A stretch of DNA of 64,000 nt from Blastocatellia bacterium (GTDB lineage: Bacteria > Acidobacteriota > Blastocatellia > UBA7656). Shown here piece by piece: positions 56,499-64,000 of this stretch; within the stretch, counting starts at the first letter, position 1, and each line of letters opens with the position of its first letter. Below the pieces are notes generated by a model. It was not told the origin of the DNA. It saw nothing but the letters and a program-made list of their open reading frames with translations, and did not search any database. The position numbers were made by a program, and so were the translations under genes. The stretch is from the NCBI GenBank assembly GCA_035649735.1, contig DASRIZ010000305.1:14998-78997 (forward strand), in the 5' to 3' direction.

Positions 56499-57278
56499 AT
56501 GTCAGGCTCGGCGTGTATCCGTACCGTGATAGTGGATGATGAATCGCTCGCGCGCGAGCGGATTCGCAACATGCTCGGTTCCGATCCACGGATTGAGGTC
56601 ATCGCCGAGTGCTCCAACGGCCAGGACGCAATCGAAGCGATTCAACTGCATTCGCCCGAATTGGTTTTCCTCGACGTAGAGATGCCCGGGATCGATGGTT
56701 TTGGCGTCCTGGAAGCCCTCCCCCCAGATCGAATTCCCACCATAATTTTCGTCACTGCATACGATCAGTACGCGGTGCGCGCCTTTGAGGTCTACGCGCT
56801 GGATTATCTTTTGAAGCCATTCGATCAGGAGCGGTTCGATAAGGCGCTTGAACGCGCCAAGTCCCAGATATCGACCCAACGAACCGACTCATTGAGCGAA
56901 CGCATCCTGAGCGCGCTTGAAGAAATCAAAACCAGGCCCGTTCACCTGGAACGACTGGTCATTAAGATGAACGGCCACGTTTTCTTTATAAAGGCCGAAG
57001 AAATCGATTGGCTCGAAGCGGAGGGAAACTATGTGCGGCTTCACGCCGGTAAAGAATCCTATCTGCTGCGAGACACTATAAGCGCGCTGGAGTCGCAGCT
57101 TGATCCAAAGAAGTTTATACGCGTCCACCGATCCGCGATCGTCAACATCGATCGCATTACCGAATTGCAGCCCTGGTTCCACGGCGAGTATCGCATAATC
57201 CTCAGCGAGGGCGTTCAGTTGACTCTCTCTCGCACATACAGAGAGAAGTTGCACGACCTTTTGGGGAGACCACTCTAG
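56499..57278 (+). CDS. LytR/AlgR-family response regulator (receiver + LytTR DNA-binding domain)
   Basis: AAGGAG RBS. Receiver motifs VDDE, FLDVEMPG and a conserved K. LytTR domain (IDWLEAEGNYVRLH...FIRVHRSAIVN). Confidence 0.9.
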   Translation: MSGSACIRTVIVDDESLARERIRNMLGSDPRIEVIAECSNGQDAIEAIQLHSPELVFLDVEMPGIDGFGVLEALPPDRIPTIIFVTAYDQYAVRAFEVYALDYLLKPFDQERFDKALERAKSQISTQRTDSLSERILSALEEIKTRPVHLERLVIKMNGHVFFIKAEEIDWLEAEGNYVRLHAGKESYLLRDTISALESQLDPKKFIRVHRSAIVNIDRITELQPWFHGEYRIILSEGVQLTLSRTYREKLHDLLGRPL

Positions 57279-57514
57279 ACCTGTCTCGACAAACTGAAAT
57301 TTTGTCTGACGTCTCTCGTCACGGATTTCGGTCAGACCATCACGGAGTCCTCCCCCTTCATCCCAAAGTAGTTCTTCGAAAAACTAACTCAACCTAAACT
57401 CCATCAGTAACGGGCGCGCGTTCGGGCGGGTACGCGCGCATTGTTAACGCCCGCGCCAATGCGAAGGCGGCAATTTGGTTTAGCGCGGCACACCTTGACC
57501 GGTTGGAGTTGGTC

Positions 57515-58159
57515 ATGAAAAGGATTGTGCAATTCGTCGCTTCTGCCGTCTTGCTAACCATAACCACAGCGCCGGCGCGCGGTTTCAGCATAACCGCCAG
57601 TCTCGCCGCGACGCTGCGACAGGCTTGGGGTTCAGGCTTGAGCCTGCGTTCTCAGTTGGAAAATGAATCGAAGCCCGAACTCCACGCGCTTTCGGATGCC
57701 GCCGCCCCGTCAACAGCACACCCAAATCGCTCAGCCCGTTTAAGCCCGGCGGAGTTCGCTATATTAACATTTGATAAGCAAACGATTGAAGCATTTGGCA
57801 TTGCATGGCGACGCTCGGGCAACGGGTCTCTGCCTCTGGAAGGAGTCGTTCTGATCCTGCAAATGGCGAATGGCGGGTACAGCGGCAGGGAGATGGGATC
57901 AACAAACGAACATAAAAAATTCACATTTAGATGGCACCCGGCAACGATAGCAATCGTACACACTCATCCAAACTTGTCTGATCCCCGACCACAGCGAGAA
58001 GACATCATGATCGCCGACCAGCGACAGGTACCCATCTTCACGATCACCAGCAGAGGCATGCACGTGTATGATCCGTTAACCAAAAAGATTTCTGCTGTCA
58101 TGCGGAATCTTGATTGGCTCGACATTTCGAATTGGCGGAAGCTATCCGCAAGGCAATGA
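57515..58159 (+). CDS. Secreted JAB/MPN-like protein with degenerate JAMM motif
   Basis: ORF trimmed to the ATG at 57515 (GGAG upstream). Signal peptide MKRIVQFVASAVLLTITTAPARG. PLEGVVLI then HTHPNLSDPRPQRED (57959-58003), resembling the RadC/JAB motif HxHPxxxxxPSxxD. Confidence 0.6.
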   Translation: MKRIVQFVASAVLLTITTAPARGFSITASLAATLRQAWGSGLSLRSQLENESKPELHALSDAAAPSTAHPNRSARLSPAEFAILTFDKQTIEAFGIAWRRSGNGSLPLEGVVLILQMANGGYSGREMGSTNEHKKFTFRWHPATIAIVHTHPNLSDPRPQREDIMIADQRQVPIFTITSRGMHVYDPLTKKISAVMRNLDWLDISNWRKLSARQ

Positions 58160-58161
58160 CA

Positions 58162-58219
58162 GTCTGTGTAGCATAAACCCTGGTGATCCCGAGACAGACT
58201 AGGTCTATGCTACACAGAC
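58162..58219. repeat. 14-bp perfect inverted repeat immediately after the JAB-like gene
   Basis: GTCTGTGTAGCATA (58162-58175) pairs with TATGCTACACAGAC (58206-58219). Begins 3 nt after the TGA at 58157-58159. No T-run follows. Confidence 0.7.
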
Positions 58220-58429
58220 CAAAGTCTAATCACTCACTCGCGATTCAAGGAGTTCATCAGCTCTTTCGTCCACCTCGTCACAAAACAAGCCACGCTCATC
58301 CCAAAGTTGTTTCACGACCTACTACTGACACCTTAAACTCGTCGCGGCACATGCTGTTTCGCGTGGCGTATAAGAGCGATCAAATTCTTGGATGTTTCGA
58401 CTTCCTGTCTTCCTCGTGTGAGTACCTCC

Positions 58430-58458
58430 GGGGAGCCCTCTCAGGCTCCCCTTTTTTT
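58430..58458 (+). terminator. Strong plus-strand Rho-independent terminator with no adjacent plus-strand CDS
   Basis: GGGGAGCC-CTCTCA-GGCTCCCC stem-loop (58430-58451) followed by TTTTTTT (58452-58458). The nearest upstream plus-strand CDS ends at 58159. Confidence 0.75.
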
Positions 58459-58496
58459 GCGCAATGCCCGCCGTGGAACGATTCGCCCGTTCCTCG

Positions 58497-61400
58497 CTAT
58501 TTCAGCTGAGTGGTTGGGTCGCCGAACAGGATCCAGGTTCGGCGAACATCACTGTCGGTTACCCGGGACTTGGCTCGCATTATCAGTTCGCCAAGCGATC
58601 CTCCGTTCGAATTGCTGCTCTCAAAGATAAGCCCGTACAGCTGTTGGTTCATCTGCGATTGACCTCCAGGCAATGTCATTCCAGATGAAGCCCAAACAGC
58701 TATTGCGCCGCCCTGCTCCGCCTTCATTAACGACTCAGCAAGGCTGTCCAACCCCGTGTCCTGGAAGTAGCCGTTAAGACAGGTCATCATCACAAACAGC
58801 GGAAGGCGATCGCCGTTGTTCAAACCCCTCGCTTCGGCTGAAGTCAACAAACTATTCCGCCACACATCGACAGATCCGTGTCCGAAGTAGTTGACGATTC
58901 TCTGGCCGCGTTTGATACCATCGAGCAGCGCCTTCTTCGCCGCAGCGGTCCCGATCTGGCCGCGATCAATCCGCTCTACCGGAACATCCGGCGGAACTAA
59001 CGCTCTCAACTGATTGTTGGCGCGCTCAAAGTCAAATCCTTCATTGCTATCGCTAGCCAGGATCACGCCGCCTGAAGCCGGTCGCGCCTCATAGTTCATA
59101 ATTTTGGCGACGATCCGCGCGGCTTCATCGGCGCCGCGAACGGGCAAGCGGCCAATGGCCATTTCTGCGACGCCGCTGGACGTGAAATCCGCAAACCAGT
59201 CGTCGCTGGCCGTTTCCATATTCCTGGCGTCGAACAACTTTGTCGGAACGAGATCGAAGTCTCCGCGACCGAGATAGTCTTTCGGGTCGAAAGTGGCATC
59301 TCCCATGAGCAACACGAATCGGGGAGCAAGCTTCCAGTTAGATTTCGCGAAGGCGAGAAACTCTCTTATTGCGTAGGCGCTTCTGTTGCCAAAGCTGAAC
59401 TCATCAAAGATGTCTTCGGCATCCACAAGAGCGACTCGAAGCCCCCGGCTCTCGCGGTAGGCTTGAAGCTCCTTCGCACTCTCGAAGAGGCTGCGATGAG
59501 TTATTATCACCAGATCGGCTGCCTGGTTCGACTGTCGCCAATTTGACGGGACGTTAGCTGCCACGGATGATGGCGGCTGCACCTTATCATTCGTCAAAGC
59601 GATCAACGTCCTGAAGTCGCTCCCAGGGACCGTGAGCGAGACCTCAAACCCATTCTTCTGCGCCCGGACAACTCCGACGACCTCTTGCACAGCCTCTGGA
59701 TTGGTCACGTCAAAGACGCGAATGGAGCTGCCCCTAAAACCTGAGACAGTGAGCTCCTGTTTGCCGGCGGCTCGGAATTGCAATGCATCATCATCTGCGG
59801 TGAAGGTGTGGTTGTAAGTCGCGCGTATGTAATCCAAAAGACTCACATCCGCTTCGCCCCGTTGAGCTGCCAATCTAACGACGTTTACTCCCTCTCTCAG
59901 CAGAGCTCTTGAGACGGGGAGCTTCGCCGAATACGAACTCTGTCCGTTGAAATCGGCTTCACCGACTACCGCGCCGTTGAGAAAAATCTTTACCGTATGC
60001 TGGGCCGGGGTTACGCCCTGAAGAACAACTTCGAGCATAGCCGGGCCCGCCGCCTTCGCATCGACGTTTCGAAGCGTAAGCGTCTGATCTATTGGGCTTA
60101 CAGTCACAACCGGTCCGAAGAAATTCTCCTTGTCCCCGTTTCTCAGCCCTGAGAAATAGAGCGTTCGATCTTTTCGCTCAACGGTATAAGCGAAGCTCGA
60201 TGACTCGGCTGGCGGCGACCCGCTCTTCAGTTGCTCGATACGCAAGCCCGGCGCTGATCCGGCAATGAGCCAGTAAACGCGCGAGTTGGTGGAAGAAGTG
60301 TCGAGCCCCGTCCCGTAAAACTCGATCGCATCAGACGGTCCAAACTCCGAGCCCCCGTGTTCCGCCTTCCCCGTAACCAAGATTGGCTGCTCCCGGCCAT
60401 CCACAAAAAGCTGGAGGAACCGCGCATCAACTTTGGGATCAAGCCCTGCGCTAACCAGCTCGGGTTGGGTGACCCTGTACAAACCTTCGCGCTTGATTGT
60501 GATCTTTACCGCCTTTTGTGAGGCCGGGTTTGCGCCGGTCTGGATCTGCGCGCCCGCCAACTGAACCGATTCCGTCTTAAGCTCGACCGGTCGTGTCGGG
60601 CTTTCCTGAATCTGATCTCTACCGAGCATACTGAGCATTATGGCCTGGCGTTCTCTGGTTACAGATCGCTTTTTGCCGTTTTCACTTTCAATAGTGACCG
60701 GTCCGTGCCATGTGCTTTCTCCGTTGATGTTGATCTCTTCGAGCCAGTACTGGGCGTTCTTATGCTGAAAGCCGCGGTCATCCCACCACGAGTACGAACG
60801 TCCGGCGGAAAGCTTTGTGCCGGCGCCGGCGACGAGTGCTGACCCGGCAAGCATTTGAGGATTCAAACGACCGCGTTCGCCGTTTGCTTCTCGGTAGATG
60901 TTGAACCCAAGGTTGTCGACTTCTTCGCCGGTCTGCCAACGAAGCAAGACCTCACCGTCATAACCGCTTGCTTCAAAACTGTCGAGTTTGGCCGCGGTCG
61001 GGCCAAGAGTGAAGCGCACAACCGAAGGATCGTGGTCGCTCGACTGCACAACAAACTCCGAGTTGACATGCACAATGTCATAGACAAAAGGCGCGGCGTT
61101 TAGATTATTGCTAACCATAATGTGATCGAGGGTCTGCGCGTTGCCTTCAAAATTGTAGCTGTAGCGCTCGCTCTGCGGTAAGGATTCAACGAGTGCGGTG
61201 AGCACCCCGCCTTTCAACGTGTTGCCAACCGTAGAGAACTCGAAATCGTTGATGTCGCCGAGCACTACGATATTCGCGCCCGTATCAACGGCGAGGATGG
61301 CATCGACAAAGTTATTGACTATTTGGGCCTGCTGATTACGCGCCGTTTCGCTTGACCTGACCGGCGGCTGGCGATGCCCAAAGAGCGGATCATCCCCGCC

Positions 61401-63827
61401 TTTGGAATTGAAATGGTTCCCGATGATAAACAGCTTATTGCCGTTGAAAACGAACTCGCCCGCCAGCGGCTTACGGCTGCTGTTGAAGGCAGCGTTGGTA
61501 GGTTCAACACGCCCGGGGCTGAAAGACAACTCCGCGGAACCCATGTTGTTGACCACCGTGGTTGCGGTAGTTGAGCCGCCGCCCGGCCTGTCTATAAACG
61601 AGACGCCCCGATCAGTTCTATACATGAACCCCTGGCGAATGTTTCCGCCGGGTTCGCCACCGTCCTGATTGTTTACGGGATTAATCTGGCGGAACTGATA
61701 AGTGGGGCCACCAGCGGTCACAATCGCTGCGATGAGCGTGTTATAGGTGGTCGTTGCGTCAACCGTCCCATCGTTTGTCGCTCCGGTGTTGTCCTGAACC
61801 TCCTCGACACAAATGATATCCGGAGATTTGAGGTTGTTGACGATCAGTGACGCGAGTGTATTGAACTTAGGCGCACCGTCGCTCGGGTCCAGATTCTCGA
61901 CATTGAAAGTAGCAATGGCGATCTCGTTGGTGGTCTGCGTAGTTGTGACCTCTTGCGTGAGCCCGCCGGAAACTCCGGTCAGCGCTGTGGTGATATGGAT
62001 CCTGTAATTGCTAAACCCATAATCCAGAATTCCAATAGCCGGGCCTGAAAAATGATCGCCCACATTGACGGTGGGAGTGCTCGCAAATAGATCGTCTATG
62101 TAAATACGCTCCGGGTTGAAGTCGTTACTGCGAATGACAATGCCACCTCGTGCGGTTCTTACACTCGCATTCGCGCCATCATCGCCCAGAACTGGTGTGT
62201 CACCGAAGTCGGTAGTCGGGCCGACGGCTACAGGATTATTGAGCTGCACACGCATCCCCTCGAGGCTCTCGTAGAAATCAATCCCGTCTGTTGCCGGATC
62301 AAAAGTACCGCTTGTTTCGACGTCACCAGCAGCGTCATCATCGATGACCGACATCGGCGGGATGCGGCCACCGGTGCCGATCACTATAGGCGGAGGAAGT
62401 GGGTTGCCGGATGACTGTAGCGCGACTGTCGGTGTTTGGATCTCAGTGATGGTCAAGTCCGCGGAGGAAGGACGAAACTCAGCCACAGTCCCACTCACAG
62501 TAACTGAGTTGCCCACGACAGCGGCCGCGGGTGGAGCGGAGCTCGTGAAGACAAAGATGCCTTCTGATGTAGCGTCGTCGCTGTCGGGGGTTGGGTCCTG
62601 TATGTAGAACCCATTGCTTCTCACCGCTGTCACGATGCCAGGTATATTCGATACGACCATCGCTAGCTGCACCGATATGTGACTCGACCCCTGGATATCA
62701 TGAATTCGCGTCGCTACCGGCGGCAAAACGGTAAGTGCGATCGATGTGTTACCGGTTCGCATTTGTGCATCGGTGATCGTTATTGGGAGGTTTTTTGCGC
62801 CGGGTGGCGTGGCAATCCCAACGTTGGTCTGGAAGGAAAAGATATTGTCACCCAGCGTCATGTCGCCATTTGTTGCGTCATCGAAAAACTGCTGAGTCAT
62901 GCTTCCGCCGATGGAGCTGAGGTCTCCCGTAACGCCAAGACCAGTGCTCGCTGGATTGGTGCCCGGCGTAACCGTTACCGTGAGCAGCGTCGCGCCCCCC
63001 TGCATTACCGAGTTTGGACTTGCGTTGCCGACGCCCGACGGGTTGGTGGAGCCCCCGCCCATGCCGGTAACACTTATATCGTCGATACCAATCCACTCGT
63101 CCGACCCGACGGCGTCTGTCGTAATGATGCGAATTTGGACAATAGACTGGTTTTCGGCGGCGACAGGTAGAGTTGCGCTGACAGGTGTGACTAAGGTGGC
63201 CAGGCTTGGTCCCGTACTGGCATCAGCCACAAAGCCCGCCGGAACATTTGTAAAACTGCCGGCCGTGCCAACACGGAATTGGAGCGCTACGGGCTGGACC
63301 GAATTGTCGGTCGAGCCGTCTATATCTCTGAGGTTGTACGCGACATTAATAGTGTTCAGCCCGGTAGTATTAACGTGGAGTTGAATGTATGGAGCTCTTG
63401 CGGTGCCCGAACCCTGAAGGGCAACCACCGGATTTGTAATCTCAAATTCGCTGACGCCCCCGGTCGTAAATGTGTTGGGAGCGGTCTGGTTCGCGTTAAC
63501 GTCAACAACGATACTTTCAGCCACAACGGTCTGAGGGTCTACGCCGGTGCCTCCGGTCAATCCGTCTCCGCGAAACCCCACTACGCCCGGGACTCCGGAC
63601 CAATCATCGTTTAGAGTAATCAGGCCTATGTTCGTCCAGTTCTGGCTAAACGGCAGGGACTGAGCGATGTTGTCCGCCCGGACAACCAGCGATAGAAATT
63701 CATGAATAGGACCACGCGCAATAAGCATGCACAATATGAGTACAAGCAGCTTGGGTGTTGACCCGACAAACTGTGCGAATGAGTGAGCGGACTGCTTCGG
63801 GGGCATTGCGTTCTGTCGTTTAATCAT
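58497..63827 (-). CDS. Giant secreted fusion protein: ExeM/NucH-type extracellular nuclease (EEP domain) + C25 (gingipain-like) cysteine peptidase
   Basis: N-terminal TM/signal segment. ExeM/NucH-like N-domains. EEP region about aa 636-941 (61005-61922: IATFNVENL ... SDHDP). C25 region about aa 1436-1776, with NYFGHGSVDVW (His near 58878-58880) and LFVMMTCLNGYF (Cys near 58779-58781). Confidence 0.9.
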   Translation of the reverse strand: MIKRQNAMPPKQSAHSFAQFVGSTPKLLVLILCMLIARGPIHEFLSLVVRADNIAQSLPFSQNWTNIGLITLNDDWSGVPGVVGFRGDGLTGGTGVDPQTVVAESIVVDVNANQTAPNTFTTGGVSEFEITNPVVALQGSGTARAPYIQLHVNTTGLNTINVAYNLRDIDGSTDNSVQPVALQFRVGTAGSFTNVPAGFVADASTGPSLATLVTPVSATLPVAAENQSIVQIRIITTDAVGSDEWIGIDDISVTGMGGGSTNPSGVGNASPNSVMQGGATLLTVTVTPGTNPASTGLGVTGDLSSIGGSMTQQFFDDATNGDMTLGDNIFSFQTNVGIATPPGAKNLPITITDAQMRTGNTSIALTVLPPVATRIHDIQGSSHISVQLAMVVSNIPGIVTAVRSNGFYIQDPTPDSDDATSEGIFVFTSSAPPAAAVVGNSVTVSGTVAEFRPSSADLTITEIQTPTVALQSSGNPLPPPIVIGTGGRIPPMSVIDDDAAGDVETSGTFDPATDGIDFYESLEGMRVQLNNPVAVGPTTDFGDTPVLGDDGANASVRTARGGIVIRSNDFNPERIYIDDLFASTPTVNVGDHFSGPAIGILDYGFSNYRIHITTALTGVSGGLTQEVTTTQTTNEIAIATFNVENLDPSDGAPKFNTLASLIVNNLKSPDIICVEEVQDNTGATNDGTVDATTTYNTLIAAIVTAGGPTYQFRQINPVNNQDGGEPGGNIRQGFMYRTDRGVSFIDRPGGGSTTATTVVNNMGSAELSFSPGRVEPTNAAFNSSRKPLAGEFVFNGNKLFIIGNHFNSKGGDDPLFGHRQPPVRSSETARNQQAQIVNNFVDAILAVDTGANIVVLGDINDFEFSTVGNTLKGGVLTALVESLPQSERYSYNFEGNAQTLDHIMVSNNLNAAPFVYDIVHVNSEFVVQSSDHDPSVVRFTLGPTAAKLDSFEASGYDGEVLLRWQTGEEVDNLGFNIYREANGERGRLNPQMLAGSALVAGAGTKLSAGRSYSWWDDRGFQHKNAQYWLEEININGESTWHGPVTIESENGKKRSVTRERQAIMLSMLGRDQIQESPTRPVELKTESVQLAGAQIQTGANPASQKAVKITIKREGLYRVTQPELVSAGLDPKVDARFLQLFVDGREQPILVTGKAEHGGSEFGPSDAIEFYGTGLDTSSTNSRVYWLIAGSAPGLRIEQLKSGSPPAESSSFAYTVERKDRTLYFSGLRNGDKENFFGPVVTVSPIDQTLTLRNVDAKAAGPAMLEVVLQGVTPAQHTVKIFLNGAVVGEADFNGQSSYSAKLPVSRALLREGVNVVRLAAQRGEADVSLLDYIRATYNHTFTADDDALQFRAAGKQELTVSGFRGSSIRVFDVTNPEAVQEVVGVVRAQKNGFEVSLTVPGSDFRTLIALTNDKVQPPSSVAANVPSNWRQSNQAADLVIITHRSLFESAKELQAYRESRGLRVALVDAEDIFDEFSFGNRSAYAIREFLAFAKSNWKLAPRFVLLMGDATFDPKDYLGRGDFDLVPTKLFDARNMETASDDWFADFTSSGVAEMAIGRLPVRGADEAARIVAKIMNYEARPASGGVILASDSNEGFDFERANNQLRALVPPDVPVERIDRGQIGTAAAKKALLDGIKRGQRIVNYFGHGSVDVWRNSLLTSAEARGLNNGDRLPLFVMMTCLNGYFQDTGLDSLAESLMKAEQGGAIAVWASSGMTLPGGQSQMNQQLYGLIFESSNSNGGSLGELIMRAKSRVTDSDVRRTWILFGDPTTQLK

Positions 63828-64000
63828 TTCGTTGGTGCTGAATCTGGCCGACCTGTGGGGGCGCGAAGGGCATCACTTAGACGTGTGCTTACAGACCCAG
63901 GCATACTCCTTTCAAACTGTTTGGATGTCTGGTGGAAACGGTTCGCTTCGAGAAGCTGGATTTTAGCTCAGATCAACCGGCGCCGCCTAGTCGAAACGGC

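Noticed and set aside
58183-58509. 108-aa plus-strand ORF between the JAB-like gene and the giant gene.
   Set aside because: It has no RBS and a biased composition. It reads through a strong intrinsic terminator and into the convergent gene. The region is more plausibly non-coding RNA or a UTR.
1-64000. Search for mobile elements, prophage, toxin-antitoxin or known defence systems (restriction-modification, CBASS, retrons, Gabija and similar).
   Set aside because: No integrase, transposase, recombinase, reverse transcriptase, methyltransferase-nuclease pair or other hallmark defence domain is evident in any supported ORF. The window looks like core chromosome and not an accessory island.

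Overview
64-kb chromosomal segment from a moderately high-GC bacterium. Gene content points to Acidobacteria, mainly the two VWA proteins of the type common in that phylum; this placement is inferred from content, not tested. I support about 55 protein-coding genes, almost all housekeeping or metabolic. I found no rRNA, tRNA, CRISPR array, transposase, integrase, prophage or recognisable defence genes. Main blocks: (i) ClpA/ClpC-type unfoldase, VWA protein, hemW, and a sugar epimerase with a GT2; (ii) recQ, rho, asnS, LOG-family protein, lytic transglycosylase, arginase, ddl, pdxJ; (iii) a second VWA protein, a GT2, a zinc-ribbon/GspG-like protein, dienelactone hydrolase and a 920-aa BNR-repeat protein; (iv) a coxS-coxL-coxM-coxG-like molybdenum hydroxylase operon whose large subunit carries the form-II AYRGAGR motif; (v) ribF, MBL hydrolase, DUF1844, mazG, SDR, neutral-ceramidase-like protein; (vi) an arginine operon argR-argG-X-argC-argD-argF'-argB, with argH-cupin on the opposite strand, where X is an uncharacterised P-loop protein; (vii) a molybdopterin oxidoreductase, tandem Usp, DUF883, a LytS/LytTR two-component pair, a secreted JAB-like protein and a 1776-aa secreted nuclease/C25-peptidase fusion. 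The most unusual signals are: (1) a set of intergenic and intercistronic hairpins whose arms are short-period (mostly 7-nt) tandem repeats with a different unit sequence at each locus, plus a three-copy CTTTGCG hairpin family inside the arg region; (2) the P-loop gene inside an arg operon that has an acyl-ornithine-type transcarbamylase and no first-step enzyme in the window; (3) the nuclease-protease fusion next to the LytTR system, with an orphan terminator that suggests a candidate sRNA. Several ORF-track N-termini are translations of these repeats, so I trimmed them to internal starts. All functional calls rest on motif and family recognition by eye; no searches were run.
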